Below, one piece after another: positions 37,701 to 49,100 of a stretch of DNA of 64,000 nucleotides. The notes beneath the pieces are model-generated. The model did not search any database. It saw nothing but the letters and a program-made list of their open reading frames with translations, and had not been told where the DNA came from. The stretch is taken from contig CATNEN010000003.1 of assembly GCA_950097015.1 (NCBI GenBank), forward strand, positions 5,766,001 through 5,830,000, in the 5' to 3' direction. The first letter of the stretch is position 1; every line of letters starts with the position of its first letter. A program made the translations under genes and the position numbers. Source of the DNA: Macrostomum hystrix. Lineage: Eukaryota; Animalia; Platyhelminthes.

Positions 37701-40700
37701 GATTAGATGAGGCTGTCTCAATGGATTAGATGAGGCTGTCTCCAGAGATTAGATGAGGCTGTCTCAATGGATTAGATGAGGCTGTCTCCAGAGATTAGAT
37801 GAGGCTGTCGCAATGGATTAGATGAGGCTGTTTCAATGGATTAGATGAGGCTGTCTCAATGGATTAGATGAGGCTGTCTCAATCGATTAGATGAGGCTGT
37901 CTCAATGGATTAGATGAGGCTGTCTCTAGAGATTAGATGAGGCTGTCTCAATGGATTAGATGAGGCTGTCTCAATGGATTAGATAGGCCGTCTCAATGGA
38001 TTAGATGAGGGTGTCTCCAGAGATTAGATGAGGCTGTCGCAATGGATTAGATGAGGCTGTCGCAATGGATTGATGAGGCTGTCTCAATGGATTAGATGAG
38101 GCTGTCTCCAGAGATTAGATGAGGCTGTCTCAATGGATTAGATGAGGCTGTCTCCAGAGATTAGATGAGGCTGTCTCAATGGATTAGATGAGGCTGTCTC
38201 CAGAGATTAGATGAGGCTGTCTCAATGGATTAGATGAGGCTGTCTCCAGAGATTAGATGAGGCTGTCTCAATGGATTAGATGAGGCTGTCTCCAGAGATT
38301 AGATGAGGCTGTCTCAATGGATTAGATGAGGCTGTCTCCAGAGATTAGATGAGGCTGTCGCAATGGATTAGATGAGGCTGTTTCAATGGATTAGATGAGG
38401 CTGTCTCAATGGATTAGATGAGGCTGTCTCAATCGATTAGATGAGGCTGTCTCAATGGATTAGATGAGGCTGTCTCTAGAGATTAGATGAGGCTGTCTCA
38501 ATGGATTAGATGAGGCTGTCTCAATGGATTAGATAGGCTGTCTCAATGGATTAGATGAGGCTGTCTCCAGGGATTAGATGAGGCTGTCGCAATGGATTAG
38601 ATGAGGCTGTTTCAATGGATTAGATGAGGCTGTCTCAATGGATTAGATGAGGCTGTCTCAATCGATTAGATGAGGCTGTCTCAATGGATTAGATGAGGCT
38701 GTCTCTAGAGATTAGATGAGGCTGTCTCAATGGATTAGATGAGGCTGTCTCAATGGATTAGATGAGGCTGTCTCAATGGATTAGATGAGGCTGTCGCAAT
38801 GGATTAGATGAGGCTGTCTCAATGGATTAGATGAGGCTGTCTCCAGAGATTAGATGAGGCTGTCTCAATGGATTAGATGAGGCTGTCTCCAGAGATTAGA
38901 TGAGGCTGTCTCAATGGATTAGATGAGGCTGTCTCCAGAGATTAGATGAGGCTGTCTCAATGGATTAGATGAGGCTGTCTCCAGAGATTAGATGAGGCTG
39001 TCGCAATGGATTAGATGAGGCTGTTTCAATGGATTAGATGAGGCTGTCTCAATGGATTAGATGAGGCTGTCTCAATCGATTAGATGAGGCTGTCTCAATG
39101 GATTAGATGAGGCTGTCTCTAGAGATTAGATGAGGCTGTCTCAATGGATTAGATGAGGCTGTCTCAATGGATTAGATAGGCCGTCTCAATGGATTAGATG
39201 AGGGTGTCTCCAGAGATTAGATGAGGCTGTCGCAATGGATTAGATGAGGCTGTCGCAATGGATTGATGAGGCTGTCTCAATGGATTAGATGAGGCTGTCT
39301 CCAGAGATTAGATGAGGCTGTCTCAATGGATTAGATGAGGCTGTCTCCAGAGATTAGATGAGGCTGTCTCAATGGATTAGATGAGGCTGTCTCCAGAGAT
39401 TAGATGAGGCTGTCTCAATGGATTAGATGAGGCTGTCTCCAGAGATTAGATGAGGCTGTCTCAATGGATTAGATGAGGCTGTCTCCAGAGATTAGATGAG
39501 GCTGTCTCAATGGATTAGATGAGGCTGTCTCCAGAGATTAGATGAGGCTGTCGCAATGGATTAGATAAGGCTGTCTCAACGGATTAGATGAGGCTGTCTC
39601 TAGAGATAAGATGAGGCTCTTGCAATGGACTTGATAAGGCTGTCTCAATGGTTTAGATGAGGCTGTCGCAATGGATTAGATGAGGCTGTCTCCAGAGATT
39701 AGATGAGGCTGTTGCAATGGATTAGATGAGGCTGTCTCAATGGATTAGATGAGGCTGTCTCAATGGAAAGGATGAGGCTGTCTCAATGGATTAGATGAGG
39801 CTGTCTCAATAGATTAGATGAGGCTGTCTCAATGGATTAGATAAGGCTGTCTCCAGAGATTAGATGAGGCTGTCTCAATGGTTTAGATAAGGCTGTCTCA
39901 TTGGATTAGATGAGGCTGTCTCAATAGATTAGATGAGGCTGTCTCAATGGATTAGATGAGGCTGTCTCAATGGATTAGATGAGGCTGTCTCAATGGATTA
40001 GATGAGGCTGTCTCTAGAGATTAGATGAGGCTGTCTCAATGGATTAGATGAGGCTGTCTCAATGGATTAGATAGGCTGTCTCAATAGATTAGATGAGGCT
40101 GTCTCAATGGATTAGATAGGCTGTCTCAATGGATTAGATGAGGCTGTCTCAATGGATTAGATGTGGCGGTCTCGAGAAATTAGATGGTGCGGTCTCAATG
40201 GATTAGATTAGGCTGTCTCAATGGATTAGATGAGGCTGTCTCAATGGATTAGATGAGGCTGTCTCAATGGATTAGATGAGGCTGTCTCAATGGATTAGAT
40301 GAGGCTGTCTCTAGAGATTAGATGAGGCTGTCTCAATGGATTAGATGAGGCTGTCTCAATGGATTAGATAGGCTGTCTCAATAGATTAGATGAGGCTGTC
40401 TCAATGGATTAGATAGGCTGTCTCAATGGATTAGATGAGGCTGTCTCAATGGATTAGATGAGGCTGTCTCAATGGATTAGATGAGGCTGTCTCAATGGAT
40501 TAGATGAGGCTGTCTCAATGGATTAGATGAGGCTGTCTCAATGGATTAGATGAGGCTGTCTCAATGGATTAGATGAGGCTGTCTCCAGAGATTAGATGAG
40601 GCTGTCTCAATGGATTAGATGAGGCTGTCTCCAGAGATTAGATGAGGCTGTCTCAATGGATTAGATGAGGCTGTCTCCAGAGATTAGATGAGGCTGTCTC

Positions 40701-43556
40701 ATAGGATTAGATGAGGCTGTCTTAAAGGATTAGATGAGGCTGTCTCCAGAGATTAGATGAGGCTGTCGCAATGGATTAGATGAGGCTGTCTCCAGAGATT
40801 AGATGAGGCTGTCTCAATGGATTTGATGAGGCTGTCTCAATGGATTAGATGAGGCTGTCTCAATGGATTAGATGAGGCTGTCTCCAGAGATTAGATGAGG
40901 CTGTCTCAATGGATTAGATGAGGCTGTCTCCAGAGATTAGATGAGGCTGTCTCAATGGATTAGATGAGGCTGTCTCCAGAGATTAGATGAGGCTGTCTCA
41001 ATGGATTAGATGAGGCTGTCTCCAGAGATTAGATGAGGCTGTCTCAATGGATTAGATGAGGCTGTCTCCAGAGATTAGATGAGGCTGTCTCAATGGATTA
41101 GATGAGGCTGTCTCCAGAGATTAGATGAGGCTGTCGCAATGGATTAGATGAGGCTGTTTCAATGGATTAGATGAGGCTGTCTCAATGGATTAGATGAGGC
41201 TGTCTCAATGGATTAGATGAGGCTGTCTCCAGAGATTAGATGAGGCTGTCTCAATGGATTAGATGAGGCTGTCTCCAGAGATTAGATGAGGCTGTCTCAA
41301 TGGATTAGATGAGGCTGTCTCCAGAGATTAGATGAGGCTGTCGCAATGGATTAGATGAGGCTGTCTCAATGGATTAGATGAGGCTGTCTCAATGGATTAG
41401 ATGAGGCTGTCTCTAGAGATTAGATGAGGCTGTCTCAATGGATTAGATGAGGCTGTCTCAATGGATTAGATGAGGCTGTCTCCAGAGATTAGATGAGGCT
41501 GTCTCAATGGATTAGATGAGGCTGTCTCCAGAGATTAGATGAGGCTGTCTCATAGGATTAGATGAGGCTGTCTTAAAGGATTAGATGAGGCTGTCTCCAG
41601 AGATTAGATGAGGCTGTCTCAATGGATTAGATGAGGCTGTCTCCAGAGATTAGATGAGGCTGTCTCAATGGATTAGATGAGGCTGTCTCCAGAGATTAGA
41701 TGAGGCTGTCGCAATGGATTAGATGAGGCTGTTTCAATGGATTAGATGAGGCTGTCTCAATGGATTAGATGAGGCTGTCTCAATGGATTAGATGAGGCTG
41801 TCTCCAGAGATTAGATGAGGCTGTCTCAATGGATTAGATGAGGCTGTCTCCAGAGATTAGATGAGGCTGTCTCAATGGATTAGATGAGGCTGTCTCCAGA
41901 GATTAGATGAGGCTGTCGCAATGGATTAGATGAGGCTGTCTCAATGGATTAGATGAGGCTGTCTCAATGGATTAGATGAGGCTGTCTCTAGAGATTAGAT
42001 GAGGCTGTCTCAATGGATTAGATGAGGCTGTCTCTATGGAATTGTGGTGGGTCTGAAGGGATAATTTAATGTGACTGGTCACGAATTTGGCTCGGCAGCT
42101 GCAGTTATGCAAGTGGCCATTGGCCTTTATATCTGCAACCTGACGATCCTAATTCTCCTGACGCCTTATGTACTGTGACGGACTGTGAACTTACTTTTGC
42201 TGATGCTGGAGAGGCGGTGAGCTGACTTCCCAGTGAAGTGAGCATGCATTCAGCATAAGCAGCTTAAATTATATGCATGTGATTCTTTGGACTAAACTGG
42301 GCTCTCTGAAATCAACTCAGTGCGCTGCCCGATATAGGGAGTGAAAAAACTAGCAAAGGTGTGACTCATGACATCACGATTGATACGATTGTCTCCTATT
42401 GGTCGCGAAACACAATGAATGCAGATCAGTTGATCCTCAATCCTGTTGCCATTTTAACATTTCCCATACACGTGCTTCAATGGGAAATGGTTAAAATGAC
42501 AACCCATGAACATTGGATATACGGAACTGGTGAAATGACACCCCTCCCTTCCATTGAGTTAGTGGAGAGATGAGGTCGGTCTCAATGAATTAGATGTGGC
42601 AGTCTCCAGAGATTAGATAAGGCGGTCGAATGGATTAGATGTGGCCGTCTGCAGAGATCAGATGAGGCTATCGCAATGGATTAGATGAGGCTGTCTCCAG
42701 AGATTTGATGAGGCTGTCTCAATGGATTTGATAAGGCTGTCTCAATGGATTAGATGAGGCTGTCTCATAGGATTAGATGAGGCTGTCTTAAAGGATTAGA
42801 TGAGGCTGTCTCCAGAGATTAGATGAGGCTGTCGCAATGGATTAGATGAGGCTGTCTCCAGAGATTAGATGAGGCTGTCTCAATGGATTTGATGAGGCTG
42901 TCTCAATGGATTAGATGAGGCTGTCTCATAGGATTAGATGAGGCTGTCTTAAAGGATTAGATGAGGCTGTCTCCAGAGATTAGATGAGGCTGTCGCAATG
43001 GATTAGATGAGGCTGTCTCCAGAGATTAGATGAGGCTGTCTCAATGGATTTGATGAGGCTGTCTCAATGGATTTGATAAGGCTGTCTCAATGGATTAGAT
43101 GAGGCTGTCTCAATGGATTAGATGAGGATGTCGCAATGGATTAGATGAGGCTGTCTCCAGAGATTAGATGAGGCTGTCGCAATGGATTAGATGAGGCTGT
43201 CTCCAGAGATTAGATGAGGCTGTCACAATGGATTAGATGAGGCTGTCTCAATGGATTTGATGAGGCTGTCTCAATGGATTTGATAAGGCTGTCTCAATGG
43301 ATTAGATGAGGCTGTCTCAATGGATTAGATGAGGCTGTCTCAGTCGATTAGATGAGGCTGTCTCAATGGATTAGATGAGGCTTTCTCAATGGATTAGATG
43401 AGGCTGTCTTCAGAGATTAGATGAGGCTGTCTCAATGGATTAGATGGGGCGGTCCCAGAGATTCGATGTGGCGGTCTCAATGGATTGGACTTTCAGTCTG
43501 CCAATCAGTCTTTATCGCCACTTTCATCCACTCCAAGGCTCTGAAATGGCCGCTAT
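34778..43556 (+). repeat. Left arm: 23-bp satellite (GATTAGATGAGGCTGTCTCAATG / ...CTCCAGA)n interspersed with ~160-bp GAAATGACACC-rich modules
   Basis: Modules at ~34778-35270, ~36211-36655 and ~42470-42580. Satellite fills 35275-36120, 36660-42040 and 42580-43485. Confidence 0.97.
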
Positions 43557-44733
43557 GAAGCACTAGAGTGCGGCAGTGGAAACTCGGATGTTTCACTCTC
43601 CAAGTCTAACCAATTTCCTGCACTTACTTTCAGTCTGCCCGCCAGTCTTTTACAGGGATAGAGTTAGGAAGAAGGAGCTAGATAGAGACAAATATGATGA
43701 AGATGAAGAAGCTGGAAAATACGAGTATTTCTCCAAGATGGCAGAAATTGGAGATCGCTGTGTGGTTCCTGGCGCAGCCCACTTCCCCATCCCACCCCAG
43801 CCCAGTCAATGTCTAGTTGCATCCTTGAATGGCACAGCATGAAGTGTTTCCGATTATTGTGTCGGTGGCTGTTGCTTAAGGCTGTTGGTGCGACTTTCAA
43901 CAAACTAGAAATTTAGCACGTTTGAGCCAACTTGTGATTTTCCCTTTCCAAAGGGAATCTTTTTTGAGAGCACACTCAATCCATAGCGTGCCGTGAAATT
44001 TGACTTTTTGGCTCAGTCAGATCGATGGGAAAATGAGGGAGACAATAACTTGAGCTCCAGTGATCCTGTCTTCTTTGTGATTACGCAATTGAATTCCCAT
44101 CTTTAAGCTCAGCTAAAAATTTCAACATGCCATTCGCACATTATATCATGGCGCATATACATACCTGAGCCTGCCGTGAAATGGGATTTATGGGTACAAA
44201 GGGTCGAGAGGTTAATATGAAGGGATCAGGGAGACATTGATTTGATCTCGCGTGGTCGTTGTTTGCTTTGAGATTACGCAACGCACAGCTCATCATGAAC
44301 ACGAAACTAAAATGCAAAATAAGCAGAAGAGAAATCGAAAATGAAACAGTTTCCTATATTTTGGGAAGAGTTGCCACACATTTAAGGCACCCATTGCGCA
44401 ACATTAGAAGCATCCCACTTCCAGTTTATTTATAGGTCGTATCTAGGACTCCAAAAGTTTCTCACCCACGTCTGAGTTTTACCCTCGTACATAGGATCAG
44501 CACAGATGATCTTGTATTAGGTATGGAGTATGAGAATGTTCTGTCCAGTTTTAGTTTGTTACGAGCGGAATTCCTCCTCCGGAGGAAGTTGAGGGGATAG
44601 AACTTTTTTGAGGATCTTAGAAATTGAAATTTCACAATTAAAATAGCCTATAGCCTTCCTCGGAAAATTTCCGATTTTCCTATATAAGTTTCAACGCTGA
44701 GTTGCCAGTATTCTAGGAGGAGATGTCGAACTG

Positions 44734-44925
<192 letters not shown>

Positions 44926-45212
44926 TGCTGTCCTCTTGGGATTTTTTCCTTTAAAGGCATACAAGTCATTCAATAATTTTGACAGGATTTTGCATGCACA
45001 GCAAGCCAATTTGCTCTTCCAAAAAGGAAATGGTGATGGTGATTGAAGACGGGGAGAAGGGGCGAGAGAGGTAGAGTGAAGGACATAGTGAAAATTACAA
45101 AACATGCAAAATGAGAAGCGAGAACATTTTGATACACGCCGAATTTGTACTGGAGGACGAAACATTGTAATCATGATTATAGAGGAAGACAAGGGAAATA
45201 CAATGAGAAGCT

Positions 45213-45265
45213 GAGATAGAGAAGAGAGAGATAGAGAAGAGAGAGAGAGAGAGCAGTGAGAGAGA

Positions 45266-45299
<34 letters not shown>

Positions 45300-45300
45300 C

Positions 45301-45333
<33 letters not shown>

Positions 45334-45388
45334 CAGTGAGAGAGAGAGAGACAGAGAGAGAGACAGAGAGAGAGACAGAGAGAGAGAC

Positions 45389-45438
<50 letters not shown>

Positions 45439-45566
45439 TGAGAGAGAGAGAGACAGAGAGAGAGACAGAGAGAGAGACAGAGAGAGAGACAGAGAGAGAG
45501 ACAGAGAGAGAGACAGAGAGAGAGAGACAGAGAGAGACAGTGAGAGAGAGAGACAGAGAGAGAGAC

Positions 45567-45601
<35 letters not shown>

Positions 45602-45746
45602 CAGTGAGAGAGAGAGACAGAGAGAGAGACAGAGAGAGAGACAGAGACAGAGAGAGAGACAGAGAGAGAGACAGAGAGAGAGACAGAGAGAGAGACAGAG
45701 AGAAAGACAGAGAGAGAGAGACACAGAGAGAGACAGAGAGAGAGAC

Positions 45747-45797
<51 letters not shown>
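45213..45797. repeat. (GA)n/(GAGAGAGAGACA)n microsatellite
   Basis: Visible. It generates spurious SL/ER ORFs. Confidence 0.97.
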
Positions 45798-45799
<2 letters not shown>

Positions 45800-46118
45800 A
45801 TATTTTGAATATTGTATTCTATTGCCTTGAAGAACGCGTGCACAGGGATTGGGAAGGTAGTGATTTGAACAAGATTCTGAGGATGGGTGTTTGAAATGGG
45901 GTGGGTGAAATGGGCGGGTGAAAGTGGGTGTGTGTGGGAGTGTGACCCACCTAAATGGACTGAGGAGATCGTGGGATCTGGGATAAGAGAACCTGGAATA
46001 TAATTTCTCTCGATTTCTATTGGCTGAGATCGTGTCATGACCTTAGAGCAAAGCCTGACATTGGCACGAAGCTAAAGGCGAGAAAGCATACTACCAGAGC
46101 CATCAGATGCGCTCGTAG

Positions 46119-46124
46119 TATAAA
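46119..46124 (+). promoter_or_regulatory. Possible TATA box of the recombinase gene
   Basis: TATAAA ~75 bp upstream of ATG 46195, with ATTGG (CCAAT reverse) boxes at ~46019 and ~46060. Confidence 0.4.
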
Positions 46125-46194
46125 TGAGCTTGTCTGTACTTGCTTTAGATAGTATTTGCACAAAATTTTGTATTTGTCTCAATTTCGATTCATC

Positions 46195-49100
46195 ATGACG
46201 AGTAGCCTAAGCTTTTTGCAACTGTTGCTTGGTGAGCCTGAGTCAAACAATGAAGCAACTGCCGCCAAGCCCAAGCCAAGAGCCGGAAAGCTCTACCTGT
46301 GCCCATTCGATGGGTGCACTAAGCCCATCAGCAATTCTCGACTGAGCCAGCATGTGCGCAAGAAGCACACGAAGAAGCTGGAGAAGCTGGCCTTGGACGG
46401 CGCGCTGTCCGATGATGAAGCTCGCAAGACCATTGTGGCAGCCATCAAGCTCCACACGCAGAACTTGACTGCTGGGCCGCTGCTCACAACAGTGAAGGCC
46501 TGCCGCTTTTGCGGAATCCACTTCAGCAATTCCGAGCTGCTGAACGCGCACGTCCGCAGGCAACATGCTGCCGAGAGAAGTGCTCAGCAAGCTGCTGAGA
46601 AGGAAGCTGTCATTCAACAGATTCGGCAGCTCAAGAAGCAGGCTCCAGCAGATCACGCCTCATCGGAGGTCATTGATGACTTGTGCATATACTGGAGGAG
46701 CTTCGATGGCGGCCGCTACAAGCCGTCCACCATCAGGCAGATGCGGTGCTACCTCTCTCGTCTGATGCGCCTGCTCGATGTCCCCACAATCGAGGAGCTG
46801 GTAGCCGAGGACAAGCGAGACGACATCAGCGACTACCTCGGTAATCTGTCCTACTGCATCCTCAAGCAGACAGTGTCGGCTCTGGTGAAGGTTGGCAGCT
46901 TCTTGTCCAAGCGGCGGCGCCAGCGCCTGTCAGAAGCCGGCTCACTGGAACAGCTGCATTCGTTCAGGGAGTCCACCGCTGACTGGACCAAGAGCTCCCT
47001 CAGGCTACGCGATGAATATCGCGCAATCCTCGCTGACAAGCAGGAGGACGAACTCCTGACGGCAGTCGAGGTTTTGGAAGTATTCGCCATGCACAAGCAA
47101 GTCCTGCAAATGGCGCGAGAGTGCAAGGACAGCAAGAAGCGAAGGTAAGTTTTGCGTTTCTTCTTTCATCTCAGTGTATTTTAGTCAGTGAAGGAGCTGC
47201 AAATAATATCACCTGTCCTGCACATCGGATCACAAATTATTCACACAAAATATTTATAACTAAACCATTCAATGGGCTGCTACTCCATTCAGGGCCCGCT
47301 ATTCCCTTTCTGACCATTTAATTCAGAGCTCATATTTTGAAAAAAAAAAATATCTGGCCAGACCTCAGATTTCGGGCTTTCGGGCCGGGCCATATTTCCT
47401 CATTTTTGGTCTTGGCCTGGATATTTCTTCTTTCCGGCGCATTAACCTGTTTCACAATATGCTTCCCAATCTTGTCACAATACTTAGGACTCTGGGCATG
47501 TTGGCAATTGGCATGACCATTTGCTTCGGCGATGGAAATGCCAACCGGCAAGATGTCGCCACCGAGTGCAAGGTCAGCGATGTGAAAAAGTGGCTTCAAC
47601 GCCCCACTGGCCTGCTGCTGGTTGCCGACCACAAGTCTTCAGCATCTCACGGCTCTGCTGCAGCCAGTCTGGCGCCAGTCTGCGACCTCGCCATCGAGGC
47701 ATTGAAGCTTCGCTTCGCGCAGCGGCCGGGCGACGAGGAACGGGCATTTATCTACCCGTATGGCAGCTTCGACCGCCTCTTTGCGGTCCACCGCACCCAC
47801 TACTCGCCTCTCCTGAAACGGGTGACGGCGACTAAATTCCGCAAGTGGGTGGAGACACAAGGGCTGGAACGCGCCACCGCAGATGAGCAGCGCAGGCTGG
47901 CTGACCACCTGCTTCACTCAGAAGGTGTGCAGCGGCGTCATTATCAGGTAAACAATCATAGAAGCATTTTTCTTTCTCATGAAATGAACGACATGAGATA
48001 CTTGTATGTTTGAGAACGAATAAGGAATGAATGAGAATGAGAATGTAGGATATTTGCATGGAAATTTTATTGTACATTAATAGTATAAGGAAATTGAATG
48101 TTCATGTGCACTTTGTTATGTGTAAAGTTCATTGAACTTCTTTTCATCCAATGCAACTTTTCATTATATACAGATTCACACCATGCGGTATCGATCGGAC
48201 AACGGCGAGCTGGCTCGGAGGCTTGTTCAGTCGGGCACTGAGGCTGCTGCTTCGTCCGACATTTTTGAGCCGCCAGCAATGGACGACGAGACGCTGTTGA
48301 AGGAGGCAGCCAGCTTTGCTGCTTTCATCAATGGCGGCGACAGTCATGGTTAGTCATCACGAGTATTAGCATATGCACCCTATTTTTCTCATTGAAAGGG
48401 ATTGTCAGGTAGTAGACAGTGGATTGGAGAAGTAGAACTTGACACTGAAGTCTATTGTTTCATTCTTACATTTTAGAAAATCCATTTTCCTATCCGTATA
48501 GAATACATGAGTATTTGAAATCATAATGTTACAAAAAATTGTTGCTCCACGAAAAAAAAAGCCAGGCCGAGAAGTTCGCTTTGCACAGCCTTTTTTAAAG
48601 TAAAAAGCCAACTGCAAAAGCCAATAGTGCTATCCCTCTCTGTCCACTCTGCCCTCTCCATGCTTCTCCCTCCTCATACTCGTACTTCCCCTGGCTCTCA
48701 GTTTCAGGCTTTATCTCTCTCTCTCATCACTATCCTTCTGTTCTTCATTTTAACTCTCTGCCTGCGGGTGTATTTACATATTGTAGTTCATCTCTGCTTA
48801 ATTCACATTTCTACACTTGTATGCGATTCATATGCCAGTTCACAATATTTGTAATTACAAAGGGTGTCAATTTGAGCGCATATTTCTGCCCTGAGTATCA
48901 GTCTCTGTGTGGCTGCCATTCTATACTCCCTGCATTGAAATCTGTATGGTAGAAACATGTCGCTCAGAAGAGACATTGCTTTACTTTATGATTATAGGAA
49001 ACGCTGGAAACAAACTTATTTAACCCGCTTTGCGGAGGTTGGATAGCACGCTCGATTGCATTTTTCTCATTGCCATTCACAGGAATTCCGTCCGAAATCG

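Noticed and set aside
35275-43485. Regular 23-bp repeats as a CRISPR array
   Set aside because: There are no unique spacers and no cas genes. The context is eukaryotic with introns, and these are plain tandem monomers.
46195-47947. Bacterial or phage integrase contamination
   Set aside because: The gene has spliceosomal introns, C2H2 fingers and a PWWP domain, all eukaryotic features.
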